IMG/VR virus record: IMGVR_UViG_3300049792_000048
Coordinates: 64,001 to 128,000 of that record
Source of the DNA: a virus
Lineage: Duplodnaviria; Caudoviricetes
Length of the DNA stretch: 64,000 bases
Strand: one strand, 5' to 3'
The translations under genes were made by a program, and so were the position numbers. Below the pieces are notes generated by a model. It had not been told where the DNA came from and made no database searches. It saw only the letters and a list, made by a program, of their open reading frames with translations. Of the stretch, positions 8,869 through 18,451 are shown in pieces; position 1 is the first letter of the stretch, and every line of letters begins with the position of its first letter.

Positions 8869-9951
8869 ATGAGTTTGGCATTCAGCAGGGGTCCGCGGGT
8901 CGAGCACATCGTTCGCGGTCAGAGTGGCGTTTCTGGCGAGGTCTCCAAGCTTCGCAAGGACGTTTCGGACGCCTTCGACGTCATCGAAGTCGGCAGCATC
9001 CACATGATGAAGTTCACGGGGCCCTCGTCTGGCCTCGCGCTCACGGCCGGCATCAAGGCGGCGTTCGCTTCGGCGGCGACCCCGGTCACCCTCACGGGTA
9101 CCGACTTCGATGGTGTCCTCGCGCCCGGCACCGGCGCGGCCATCATCAACACCCCGAAGAAGGTGACGCTCATCGTCGCCGGCTCGGGTACGCCGGCCGA
9201 CTGGCTCGGTGGCACGGTCGAGTTCACCGGCACAGACTCGGACGGCAACGTCCTGGTCGAGGACGTCGTGTCGGCTGCGGGTGCGGGCACCACGACGACC
9301 ACGCACTACTTCGCGTCCATCACGCAGGTCGCTCTGCCGGTCGCGACGTCGACGGGCGCGTCGCTCACGCTCGGCGTGGCGGCGGACACGGCCTCGATCG
9401 CGACGTTCACTTCGGACACGGTGGCTCAAGTCATCGATGGCACCGACAACACGAAGTTCAACCGGACCCGCAAGGGCAACCGTGCGCTTCGCTACGCGCG
9501 TCGCATCTCGTTCATCTTCAACAGCCACGCGGACTGGGATGCGACCACGATCGTGGTTCGTGGACGCGATGTCCGTGGCAACCAGATCAGCTCGAACATT
9601 CTCGTCGCGAATGGCGGCGGGACGACGGTGACGACCGACAAGTTCTTCAAGTCGATCGAGCGCGTCACGATCCCGGCTCAGTCGGGCACGAACGGCACGG
9701 TCGCAGTCGCTCCGTTCGAGACCTCGCTCGGACTCGACCTCGACGCGATCAGCGACGTCGAGGCGGTGGCGGTGGTCCGTGAGGCGAGCCGGGCGGACAG
9801 CGCGAGTGCGTGGTCGGTCCCGACGGCCGGTGCGGTCGATGACTCGTCGGTCGCGAACGCGCTCCCGTACGGCGCGTACACGCCGCACAGCTCGGTCCCG
9901 ATGAACGGCGTGCGCGAGTACGTGCTCACGTACATCCCCAAGGCGGCGTGA
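8869..9951 (+). CDS. Virion structural/decoration protein with tandem beta-rich duplication
   Basis: Two repeats ADW..T....G.D..GN......V....G.T..T...F.SI..V..P; Thr/Ala/Gly rich; strongly biased codons. Confidence 0.6.
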   Translation: MSLAFSRGPRVEHIVRGQSGVSGEVSKLRKDVSDAFDVIEVGSIHMMKFTGPSSGLALTAGIKAAFASAATPVTLTGTDFDGVLAPGTGAAIINTPKKVTLIVAGSGTPADWLGGTVEFTGTDSDGNVLVEDVVSAAGAGTTTTTHYFASITQVALPVATSTGASLTLGVAADTASIATFTSDTVAQVIDGTDNTKFNRTRKGNRALRYARRISFIFNSHADWDATTIVVRGRDVRGNQISSNILVANGGGTTVTTDKFFKSIERVTIPAQSGTNGTVAVAPFETSLGLDLDAISDVEAVAVVREASRADSASAWSVPTAGAVDDSSVANALPYGAYTPHSSVPMNGVREYVLTYIPKAA

Positions 9952-9957
9952 TCGTAG

Positions 9958-10923
9958 ATGTCCCTGGAGCACACGAGCATGATGCGATGGCCGCATCCGA
10001 CGGCCGTCGCTGACCCGCAGCTCGGGGACATCGAGAAGCGCGCGGAGATCAGCTACGAGGACCACACCCCGGAGGAACTCCTTCAGGGTGTGGTCGCGGA
10101 GCTTCCCGAGATGCAGGCTGACCTCCCGCCAGGCATCTCGAAGTTCGCCGCTGCTCGGCTAGGAACGGAAGAAGCCCTCCCATCGGTGACGGAGAAGAAC
10201 ATCTGGCGCCATCCCAATGCGCACCCGATGATCCTCACGCTCATGCTCGTGGACCGGTATGGCACCGAGTACGCGACGTGGGAGCCCGAGACTCTGCGCG
10301 GCATGCTGAAGCGCGACAACATCCTCATCTCGGACTCGGTCTGGACGAAGGTGCTTGCCTCTCGCGTCGTGCTGATGAGTCCAGCTCCGTGGCGTCAGTG
10401 GGAACAGTTTCACTGGGTGGTGACTGGCCTGGCAGGTCGTCCTCCGAGCTTCGTGTACATGGAACGCCCCGAGATCGGATTCATCATGTCCGGGGTCGAC
10501 ACCATGAAGATGATGGACCGCAAGCGTCCATTCGCCGAAGACATCGACAAGTTCACTGCGGCCGTGCTGCGGGACCGTGGCATCGCGTACGCCCCTCCGC
10601 CGATCCAGTTCGCCCAGGAGGAGCTCGACGACCGGCACATTCTCTGTGGCAACTGCGGCACGAGAGACAAGGACGACCACGACATCAAGTGCATCGCTTG
10701 CGGGTCGAAGGACTTGAAGCGTCTGCCAGGGGTGTTTGAGTCGTTGAGGGACCAAACCTCGAAGCTCTTCAACGAGCGCCGTCGACTTCCGCTCGAACAA
10801 GCAGTGGATGGTCTCAGCACTGACGCCTCTGGTGAGGCCGCTTACAAGCTCCTCACGCACAACGAGTATCGCAACCAGGTGCGGGCTCAGCTTCTCGAAC
10901 AGCTCCACATGCTGAAGGGCTGA
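9958..10923 (+). CDS. Hypothetical virion-region protein with zinc ribbon
   Basis: CGNC..CIAC; N-terminal KRA/KFA motifs. Confidence 0.65.
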   Translation: MSLEHTSMMRWPHPTAVADPQLGDIEKRAEISYEDHTPEELLQGVVAELPEMQADLPPGISKFAAARLGTEEALPSVTEKNIWRHPNAHPMILTLMLVDRYGTEYATWEPETLRGMLKRDNILISDSVWTKVLASRVVLMSPAPWRQWEQFHWVVTGLAGRPPSFVYMERPEIGFIMSGVDTMKMMDRKRPFAEDIDKFTAAVLRDRGIAYAPPPIQFAQEELDDRHILCGNCGTRDKDDHDIKCIACGSKDLKRLPGVFESLRDQTSKLFNERRRLPLEQAVDGLSTDASGEAAYKLLTHNEYRNQVRAQLLEQLHMLKG

Positions 10924-10963
10924 TCCTCACGGATGGGCCGTGGCGTGGTACAAGAGGCACACG

Positions 10964-11917
10964 ATGCTGAAGGTTTCCATGCCCAGTCTGGCGAGCGTCG
11001 GTCGTCTCATCGCCAAGAATCCCGGTGCAACCGCCGGCGTTGGTGCAGGCATCGGAGCCGCAGTCGGTGCCGGACGTGAAGCGCTGAAGGGCGAAGGTGA
11101 TCGCGACTACCTCGGGGGAGCTCTTCGTGGAGCTGCTGTTGGTGGTGCAGTCGGTGGTGTCGGTGGCGGTATCGCACACGCAGCACGAGATACGATGCTT
11201 CTGCATCCCCGGCTCCAGGGGATGGATGTTGCGAAGAAGACCGTCTCCCGTGCCGGTGAAGGTCTGTCGAACTTCGCGGAGCGTCAGGTTCATGGTCTGA
11301 CGGGGCGTGGTGCCGATGACTCGGCGTACCTCGACCGCATCGGCATCGCCGGCTCTGGCCCCTCTTCACGTCAAGCCCGTCTGCTGAATCTGCGAGCTCA
11401 GGACGACCTCCAGCATCTTCCACAGGGTGCATCGATGAAGGACTTCGTTGCTCGGCAGAAGGGCACCGAAGCCATCCACAACGAGCTCCATCAGCAGGTG
11501 CGCGGTCTGGCTGCGGAGGGTGCCGTCGGTGACCGCTTCCGAGAGCTCGGGATGACGCACGCTCCTGGTGCCGTGAAGGCGATGGTCACGAACCCGCGTG
11601 AAGCCTCGAAGGCGATCTGGAACCAGGTTCGTGCAGGAGGACGCACAAGCGTCGCTCTCGGTCTCGGTGTTCCCGTAGCTGCCACAGCAGCTTCTCTCGC
11701 CAAGGGTGACGAGCGTGCGACCGGTGGTGCCTCGATGCAGGAGAAAGCAGTCCGTGGAGCCGCGAACATCGGCAGCGGTCTCGTCTTCGGTGGGCTCCCC
11801 ATCGCTGCCGGCAATGTTGTCGGTGGCTTGACGGACTTCGCTGCAAGTCGTCTTGGCCGCATCGGTCAGAAGCCGATCGCAAACGCAACAGCGGGATCGG
11901 GTAGGATCGTGCCATGA
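10964..11917 (+). CDS. Gly/Ala-rich membrane-type virion protein (start ATG 10964, MLKVS)
   Basis: GAGG RBS; glycine-zipper hydrophobic segments GAGIGAAVGAG and GAAVGGAVGGVGGG. Confidence 0.6.
   Translation: MLKVSMPSLASVGRLIAKNPGATAGVGAGIGAAVGAGREALKGEGDRDYLGGALRGAAVGGAVGGVGGGIAHAARDTMLLHPRLQGMDVAKKTVSRAGEGLSNFAERQVHGLTGRGADDSAYLDRIGIAGSGPSSRQARLLNLRAQDDLQHLPQGASMKDFVARQKGTEAIHNELHQQVRGLAAEGAVGDRFRELGMTHAPGAVKAMVTNPREASKAIWNQVRAGGRTSVALGLGVPVAATAASLAKGDERATGGASMQEKAVRGAANIGSGLVFGGLPIAAGNVVGGLTDFAASRLGRIGQKPIANATAGSGRIVP
11902..11907 (+). promoter_or_regulatory. -10 element (TAGGAT), leaderless portal transcript
   Basis: TAGGAT 6 nt before ATG 11914; same geometry at 26346 and 62568. Confidence 0.5.
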
Positions 11918-13872
11918 CGTTCTTCGGCGGACCCATGGGGATGGCGGAGAATCGCGGAGCCTCCCTCGGCGGTTCCTTCAACCGCACCAACATCCTCGGG
12001 CGGCAGTACCAGTCGTTTGCAAACCCGTTCTTCGATCAGGCGTCGACATACACGCCGCAGACGGTTCGCAGTCTCTTCGGCTTCTGCCGGTACTACTTCC
12101 TCACGCACGGTGTCATCAACGCCATCTGCACGAAGGCAGCCGAGTACCCGATCACCGACATCATCTTCACGCACAAGGACCGCGGTGTCGTCGATCGCTG
12201 GCGGAACCTGATGCTGGGCGACCTCAACTACCGCATGCACCAGTTTGAGGTGAACCTCGACTACTACGTGTACGGCAATGCGCTGGTCTCGCCCTCGTTC
12301 CCGTTCCGCAAGATGATCATCTGCGGGCCCTGTAACGCCCGCATCGATGCGATCAACTTCCGCCGGCACTGGCGGTACACCGATCACCGCTTCTACTTGA
12401 CGTGTCCGAAGTGCGGTCAGAGCGACTTCGCACAGGCCACTGACGACTATCAGCCGAAGCCCAGCGAGATCAACATGGTCCGCTGGAACCCGGAGAACGT
12501 CTCCATCTTCCACAATGAGACGACTGGGCGGATGGATTACGCCCTCGACCTCTCGGGGAAGTTCCGCAGCCTCGTGGCCATGGGTCGCAAGGACATCATT
12601 GCCACGACCCCGCAGCTCTTTCTCCAAGCCGTCAAGGAGAAGCGCTCGCTCGTGTTCGACAAGCGCGAGGTGTTCCACATGCGCCGTCCGGCCCTGTCCA
12701 GCATGGACCAGGGCTGGGGTGTTCCGCTCCTCATGCCGGTCATGAAGGACGCCTTCTACATGCAGTTGATGAAGAAGTCTCAGGAGACCGTGCTGCTCAC
12801 GCACATGGTCCCGCAGATCTTCTTGTACCCGCAACCAGCAACCAGTGGCGCCGACCCGTTCAGCACGATCAACCTTGCTGATTGGCGTGGGCACATCCAG
12901 CGCGAGCTCGCTCGTCAGCGCGTCGACCCGAGCTACTACGGCATCCTGCCGTTCCCGCTTGGTCACCAGATCATCGGAGAGAACGGCAAGGCTCTTTTGC
13001 TGATGCAGGAGATCCGCATGATTGCGGAGCTCATTGCGATCGGCATGGGGTTCCCGTCTGACCTCGTCTTCGGCCAGGGCACGTACGCCGGTACGTCGGT
13101 CTCGATGCGCATGGTCGAGAACTTCTTCTTGTCGAACGTCCAGAACCACTACCGGCTCATCCACTGGTTCATGGGCCGCACCAGCCACTACTTGAACTGG
13201 AGCGTCCCGACGGCACGCTTCAAGCCGTTCAAGATGGCCGATGACCTTCAGCGTATGGCCCTCGCAGCTTCGCTGAACCAGCAGTCGAAGATCAGCGACA
13301 CGTCGTTGCTCGCGATGATGGACTTCAACGTCGAGGACGAGTCCAGTCTCCAGGTGAAGGAGACGCAGATCCGTGCCGAGGCTCTGAAGAAGCAGCAGCT
13401 CATCCAGGCGGAGATCCAGGGCGAGGCGATGGTTGTGCAGGCGCGCTACCAGGCTCAGGCCCAGGAGATCATGGCGGAAGCTCAGTTGAAGTTGCAGCAG
13501 AAGGGCTTGCTGCCTCTGCCCATGGACCCGAACAACCCAGGCGCAGCAGCCGGTGCAGCCGGCGGTGGGATGGGCACGGCACCCTCGACCCCGTTCACGG
13601 ACGAGATGGGCTCTGGTCTCGCTGCGGCTCCTACAGGCATCCCACTCGACCAGGTCGCAGCCGGGCTGGCGAATCAGATCTCGGCCCAACCTCGCGAGAT
13701 GCAGTCGCAGTCGATCGATCACCTTGCACAGACTCAGCCCGAGCTCGCCGAGCTCGTGAAGCAGCATATCGTCGGTCAGTCTGCGGCCCCCGATACCGGT
13801 GGTGTCGACATGCGGCCGATGCCGAACCAGAAGCCGCCCCGTCGTCTCTCGCTCGGCGGAGCGGGTGGGTAA
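11914..13872 (+). CDS. Portal protein (with zinc-ribbon insertion)
   Basis: INAICTK..YPIT, DYYVYGNA, VFHMRR...GWGVPLL, IAIGMGFP and G.Y....VS pattern typical of HK97-like portals; CGPC..CPKC insert; Gln-rich C-terminus. Confidence 0.78.
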   Translation: MTFFGGPMGMAENRGASLGGSFNRTNILGRQYQSFANPFFDQASTYTPQTVRSLFGFCRYYFLTHGVINAICTKAAEYPITDIIFTHKDRGVVDRWRNLMLGDLNYRMHQFEVNLDYYVYGNALVSPSFPFRKMIICGPCNARIDAINFRRHWRYTDHRFYLTCPKCGQSDFAQATDDYQPKPSEINMVRWNPENVSIFHNETTGRMDYALDLSGKFRSLVAMGRKDIIATTPQLFLQAVKEKRSLVFDKREVFHMRRPALSSMDQGWGVPLLMPVMKDAFYMQLMKKSQETVLLTHMVPQIFLYPQPATSGADPFSTINLADWRGHIQRELARQRVDPSYYGILPFPLGHQIIGENGKALLLMQEIRMIAELIAIGMGFPSDLVFGQGTYAGTSVSMRMVENFFLSNVQNHYRLIHWFMGRTSHYLNWSVPTARFKPFKMADDLQRMALAASLNQQSKISDTSLLAMMDFNVEDESSLQVKETQIRAEALKKQQLIQAEIQGEAMVVQARYQAQAQEIMAEAQLKLQQKGLLPLPMDPNNPGAAAGAAGGGMGTAPSTPFTDEMGSGLAAAPTGIPLDQVAAGLANQISAQPREMQSQSIDHLAQTQPELAELVKQHIVGQSAAPDTGGVDMRPMPNQKPPRRLSLGGAGG

Positions 13873-13897
13873 AAGAAGAGGGGGTTCACCCCTCTTC
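13870..13897 (-). terminator. Intrinsic terminator between convergent genes
   Basis: AGAAGAGGGG-TTCA-CCCCTCTTCT 10-bp stem with T-run on the - strand. Confidence 0.75.
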
Positions 13898-15313
13898 TCA
13901 AAGAGTCCCCTCGTTCTTGTAGAACTCGGGCATCTTCTGGAATGCCTCTTCGATGAGGCTGATGCTGTGGTGGGATCGCAGCACGCTGGTGATCGCTGGT
14001 CGTGGTACCGGATCTGTTGGCTGTGAGGCCCACAACATCAACGCGAGGAAGATGACCGCGGGCTCTCCGAGTTCGATGATGTGGTGTCTCCAGTCCCGGG
14101 CCCGGATGTAGTCCTCGATCAAGGGCTTCATCTGTGCATCCCAGGTCTCACGAGGCGTCTTGCTGGAAGAGTCGAAGGCTTCCACGTTCCCTTCTGGAGT
14201 GTCGGGATGCCATGCCTTCGCACGCCCGGCATGCGGCGACATCGAGTTCATCACCATCGGCAAGTCATTCTTGCCAGTGAGGGTGAAGAACAACGCACCC
14301 AGCTCTTCGCTGTGATGCTCGATGAGCGACCGAACGACCTCGTAGTTCACCGAATAGAGAGTCAGCAATGCAGTCTTCGGGGTGAGGGCACGGAAGTCCT
14401 CGATCGTCAGAGCCCGCCCGATGAGTGTGTAGTAGTCGTCGTTCCTGGCTGACCCCACGATTGCCTTGAGTCCCGAAGCCATCGTTTCGACCGAAGCATC
14501 GTGACGAACGATGCGAAGCCCCTCTCGGACTCCGGTGAGCCTGCGGAAGTAGTCCTCCGCATTACCTGCCGGCAAGTTTCGTATGTACCTCGCTGCACCG
14601 CTCGCTCGGTCGTGCTTCGTTGGGCCATACAACATCTTGTATGAAGCACTGCCCACCATGTCCGTCCACTGTCCGAACTGTGTGTTGAGACGGCAGAGGT
14701 GTCCGTACCACAGCGGAACTTCAACTTGGTGAAGCATCTTCTTCAAGTACTCCTTGGGGAACCAGGCAGCACTTCCCAGCGAGTCGAGCGGGATCGGCCG
14801 CTGCTCGTGATCCAGTAGAAGCTCGATCGGATACGGCTGAAGCCCGAAGCGGGTTGGAGCGTAGGGGTTGCTGGTCACAGCGCTGACGAACTGCTGTGCG
14901 CTGTGGTTCTTGTAGAACTTTCGCAAGAACTCGAACTGTAGGATCTCCTCTGCCTCTAGCTCTTCGATCACGGTGCCATGCTCCATGAGTCCCGTGGCTA
15001 TCTGGATCGGCGTGTGCAGGGAGGTGTAGCCGCGAACGGCTTCGATCTGCATCACCTCCTTCAACGGGATGCCAAGGCGCAGAGTCCTGTCGATCGTGTA
15101 TGTCGGGAAGTTATACGGGGCTGGCCTGTTCGGTACAGCAGGCAACCCCATCTGAGCTGGCAGCTCGCTGAGCTTCTCGCCGTACGCAGCCAGCAGCCAC
15201 CTCCACATCTTCGTGCTGAAGCCGTAGAGGGTGTTGCTGAAGCTTGTGCCCGTGAAGAGTCCTCGACCGTGCTCGTTGAGAAGGGCGTGGGCGAGGGACT
15301 CGTAGACTGTCAT
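13898..15313 (-). CDS. Hypothetical protein, third gene of the AAA/VWA operon
   Basis: TGATG coupling to the VWA gene; long ORF with no motif recognised. Confidence 0.65.
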   Translation of the reverse strand: MTVYESLAHALLNEHGRGLFTGTSFSNTLYGFSTKMWRWLLAAYGEKLSELPAQMGLPAVPNRPAPYNFPTYTIDRTLRLGIPLKEVMQIEAVRGYTSLHTPIQIATGLMEHGTVIEELEAEEILQFEFLRKFYKNHSAQQFVSAVTSNPYAPTRFGLQPYPIELLLDHEQRPIPLDSLGSAAWFPKEYLKKMLHQVEVPLWYGHLCRLNTQFGQWTDMVGSASYKMLYGPTKHDRASGAARYIRNLPAGNAEDYFRRLTGVREGLRIVRHDASVETMASGLKAIVGSARNDDYYTLIGRALTIEDFRALTPKTALLTLYSVNYEVVRSLIEHHSEELGALFFTLTGKNDLPMVMNSMSPHAGRAKAWHPDTPEGNVEAFDSSSKTPRETWDAQMKPLIEDYIRARDWRHHIIELGEPAVIFLALMLWASQPTDPVPRPAITSVLRSHHSISLIEEAFQKMPEFYKNEGTL

Positions 15314-16554
15314 CACCAGGGATGCTCCATGACGTATGTCGTCCCCCATGGAGGCTTCAGGCCTCCGGTTGGGATCACGAACGTCGTCTTCTTGACCGGC
15401 TTATCCGGCAACTTGATGTGGCCATCAGTCAGGATGCAGATCGCGCTCGGCTTTTCCTTTGCTGCGATCTCGAACAACTCGATGGCTGATGTGTACGAGT
15501 GTTCTCCGCTCTTAAACTTGACGTGGTCGAAGATGTGGCGAGGCTGGGTGGTCGTGTACTGCTCGCGAACCACAGCATCGAAGGTGACAACGATTACCTT
15601 CGTGGCTCGATGCGCTGCCGCCTGTACGTTCGTGATGAAGATGCGGATGAGGGCATCGGTGACGCTTGTGCTGACGTCAATGCCGAGGAGGAGGATGCGC
15701 TCCTTCACAACTCGCGTCTGCGGCAAGATGATCGGGTAGTACTTCATCTTGGGTGGCGCATACGTAGCTTCATCCCACCCGAGGTCTGAGCTGAGCCCGC
15801 CCCGAATGAGGGAGCCCCACGGAAGAGTCGGTCGCAAAACCTTCTCCATCCGCTCTCGTACGACGTTGGGGAGCGCCTTGTGCATCGAACTCGTCTCCGA
15901 CAACGCCTTGGCGTGCGCGATATCTTGACGAAAGGCTTCTTGGAAGTCCTTGTTGGCTTGTTGCGGTCCGGTGTCTACGCCGTCCTCTACCTTTCCCGGG
16001 GCGGCGGGGGGTTCTCGCATGTCAGTACCATTGCCGACCTCGTCGTCTTGTCCCTTCTCCGGGAGGTACTTGCTGGTCGATCCAGCCTTGGCCTCTTCCT
16101 CCTTCTTCAAGATGACGTAGATCTCCTCGACCGTCTTTCCATCAGCCCACGACTGGTATTGAATGAAACGTGGAGGAACCGGCCAGCGGATGAGCTGGGA
16201 CCTCGAATCGAGGGTACCGAGCAGTTCTCCGCACTGCCCGTTGACGAAGATGTCGGCCGCGATGTTCCACAGCTTCGGGTCGCGGGTCTCTCGACGCCCA
16301 TGGTGGTTGAAGTAGATGTGGAGCAGCTCATGAAGTAGCCCAAACATCACGATCTCGAAGTCTTCGGCGATCACGAACTTCCTGCCGCAGAAAATCCCGA
16401 CACCATCAGTCTCCATCGTATTGCAGCTGTCGGCGTGCACCTTCACGGAGCTGCCGAACAGCAGATACCCGAAAAAAGGAAACCGGATGACTAGTGACGT
16501 AACCGCCTTCGTCATCCGTTTGTTGTACGTGGGATCTGCGTCGCTGAAGATCAC
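15313..16554 (-). CDS. DUF2201-type metallopeptidase-like + VWA domain protein
   Basis: TMETDG, HELLH (HExxH), WNIAADIFVN, MIDAS DVSTS and LTDG. Confidence 0.85.
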   Translation of the reverse strand: MIFSDADPTYNKRMTKAVTSLVIRFPFFGYLLFGSSVKVHADSCNTMETDGVGIFCGRKFVIAEDFEIVMFGLLHELLHIYFNHHGRRETRDPKLWNIAADIFVNGQCGELLGTLDSRSQLIRWPVPPRFIQYQSWADGKTVEEIYVILKKEEEAKAGSTSKYLPEKGQDDEVGNGTDMREPPAAPGKVEDGVDTGPQQANKDFQEAFRQDIAHAKALSETSSMHKALPNVVRERMEKVLRPTLPWGSLIRGGLSSDLGWDEATYAPPKMKYYPIILPQTRVVKERILLLGIDVSTSVTDALIRIFITNVQAAAHRATKVIVVTFDAVVREQYTTTQPRHIFDHVKFKSGEHSYTSAIELFEIAAKEKPSAICILTDGHIKLPDKPVKKTTFVIPTGGLKPPWGTTYVMEHPW

Positions 16555-17675
16555 GACGAAGAATCCTTGATGATGGTGCCCATGATCTTGCCCGAGGACT
16601 TCGGATAGAAGTTCTTGAACTCGCGCTTCACAGTCTCGCGAAGCTGAAGAAGGAAGGCGACACGAAGTTCGGGAGACAAGCTCTCGATGAAGAGGTCCAG
16701 CCCCTTGTGCTTCGACGACATCTTCTTGTTGAGGCGATCCGTGACCGCGAAGACTCCCGCGAACTCCGCCATTTTCTGCACGACCTCCACGGGTACCTTC
16801 GGGTCGGTGCTCTTGATGGGCTCCTTGAAGGTTCCGTGTTCGAGGATGTGATCGACATCAACCTTCGAGAGGATGCTGTACCAAGCCCAGAAGTCATTTG
16901 CTGCCCCCTGGCCGATTTTGCGCGTCAGGGTACGAAGCCACAGCTTTGGGTCTGTGAACTCCTGCATGTGCAGCGATGCCTCCCGATAGCCACGTGGTGT
17001 CGGGAAGCGGATGACGTTCTCCTCGTGTTTGTGTAGGAGCTCGGGCTTGCTGTTGAGGAACCCGAGGATGACGGGCACGATGCGCGAGGGCTTCCCGTCC
17101 TCCACGTTGTTCGCCCATTCGACGAAGTCGTTGAAGTCAGCGTCCACTTCGATGGCTGTGACACGGGTCTTGAGGGACTCCGACATCGCGTTGGCGTGGA
17201 TGTCGTCGGTGGTGCGGTTGCCGGCACACATCATCAAGGACTTCGGGTGCAGAGCGAAGTCCTTGAACCGGCGATGCACGAAGAGGTGCAGCAGCGAGTT
17301 CGTGACGATTGGAGTGGCTTTGTCGATGTCGTCGAAGAGCAGCATCGTCGGGCGATGGCAGGCGTCGAACGCCGCACGATTCAACGCCCACAGGACTCGG
17401 AAGTCTTTCTTGGAGAGGTCCGAGGTCTCGACCGGAATGACCCATGGGATGCCCGCAGTGTCGGTCGGATCGGAGGCCTCACCCGTGGGGATGGCCTCGA
17501 AGACGAGAGCGTCCTCGATGACCTTCTCGCCCATCTCGATTGCGAGCTCGGCGGCCATCTCGGTTTTCCCGATGCCCACACCTCCGAGCAGACAGGGGAT
17601 GCTGAGGTATCGGTGCTTGTACTGGACGGTCAGCTCCTGAAGAGCTTCCTGTCGAGCTTCTGAGAACTTCGGCAT
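16551..17675 (-). CDS. MoxR-like AAA+ ATPase
   Basis: GGVGIGKT, LLFDDID, AGN and PTPR motifs; paired with the VWA gene. Confidence 0.85.
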   Translation of the reverse strand: MPKFSEARQEALQELTVQYKHRYLSIPCLLGGVGIGKTEMAAELAIEMGEKVIEDALVFEAIPTGEASDPTDTAGIPWVIPVETSDLSKKDFRVLWALNRAAFDACHRPTMLLFDDIDKATPIVTNSLLHLFVHRRFKDFALHPKSLMMCAGNRTTDDIHANAMSESLKTRVTAIEVDADFNDFVEWANNVEDGKPSRIVPVILGFLNSKPELLHKHEENVIRFPTPRGYREASLHMQEFTDPKLWLRTLTRKIGQGAANDFWAWYSILSKVDVDHILEHGTFKEPIKSTDPKVPVEVVQKMAEFAGVFAVTDRLNKKMSSKHKGLDLFIESLSPELRVAFLLQLRETVKREFKNFYPKSSGKIMGTIIKDSSS

Positions 17676-18154
17676 CAGTCTCTCCTCACGATCATGTTGT
17701 CATCCTTGTCCCACTCGACACCTTCGAGGTCGCGATCGAAATCGCGCTCCATGGCATCGTGCATCTCCTGGCTCATCTCATCGAGATGGTCGTCCGGAGG
17801 GAGCACCTCTTCGTCGTCATCGTCATCGATTGAGAGCTCGTCGGTGACACATTCGGCGTGCGCTGGCACGATGGGCTCAGGGGACGGTGTGTTGATCACC
17901 AGGGCGTACTGAGGCTGGCCGGGCCCAAGGGCGTCAGGCAGCTCGATGAACTGGAGCTTCGTGTCCGGATCGAGCACGAACATGGAGTAGCCCTCGTTCT
18001 TCATGTAGAAGAACTGACCACGAAGCATGAGCATCGCATCGGTGTGCTCTCCGACGTGCTCGCTACAGATCGCACAAAGCGGCGTCTCGCCGTCGTTCTC
18101 ACTCACATAGGCCTCCACGATCGTTCTGGAGTGGTAGATGGGCTTGTTCCTCAT
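17675..18154 (-). CDS. Hypothetical protein (CxxC..HxxC, acidic C-terminus)
   Basis: Coupled to the AAA gene; CAIC and HAEC. Confidence 0.65.
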   Translation of the reverse strand: MRNKPIYHSRTIVEAYVSENDGETPLCAICSEHVGEHTDAMLMLRGQFFYMKNEGYSMFVLDPDTKLQFIELPDALGPGQPQYALVINTPSPEPIVPAHAECVTDELSIDDDDDEEVLPPDDHLDEMSQEMHDAMERDFDRDLEGVEWDKDDNMIVRRD

Positions 18155-18261
18155 GCGGGCACCGCTGCCTGGGCTTGCGCTCGCATGAGAAGTATCGTCA
18201 GGTAGGCGTTGAGGCCGAGAACAAGACCAGTCGCCACGCTAAGCAGCAGCAGGCTCCACAT
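18151..18261 (-). CDS. 36-aa single-pass membrane peptide (not in ORF track)
   Basis: MWSLLLLSVATGLVLGLNAYLTILLMRAQAQAAVPA; GAGGAG upstream; ATGA overlap with the next gene. Confidence 0.5.
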   Translation of the reverse strand: MWSLLLLSVATGLVLGLNAYLTILLMRAQAQAAVPA

Positions 18262-18361
18262 TCTTGTCGGTCTCCTCGATGGATTCTGTGATGGCGCCCT
18301 GAACGAACTCTTCGTACTGCGTCAGGGTGTCCCTCAGATCGTCGTCTTCTTCGTTGGGCAT
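18239..18361 (-). CDS. 40-aa highly acidic peptide (not in ORF track)
   Basis: MPNEEDDDLRDTLTQYEEFVQGAITESIEETDKNVEPAAA; GGAG RBS directly after the promoter motif. Confidence 0.5.
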   Translation of the reverse strand: MPNEEDDDLRDTLTQYEEFVQGAITESIEETDKNVEPAAA

Positions 18362-18370
18362 GGGCTTCTC

Positions 18371-18384
18371 CATCATGTTGATAG
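18371..18384 (-). promoter_or_regulatory. Putative phage early/middle promoter CTATCAACATGATG
   Basis: Matches the motif family; heads the AAA/VWA operon. Confidence 0.6.
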
Positions 18385-18415
18385 GTCTGTGTAGAGGCTA
18401 TTTCCGTGGGGTTCG

Positions 18416-18445
18416 TTGACCCACCGTGATGCGTGCGCGTAGACT
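18416..18445 (+). promoter_or_regulatory. sigma70-like leaderless promoter of the RNAP gene
   Basis: TTGACC-N18-TAGACT; GTG start 6 nt downstream. Confidence 0.7.
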
Positions 18446-18451
18446 TCGACG

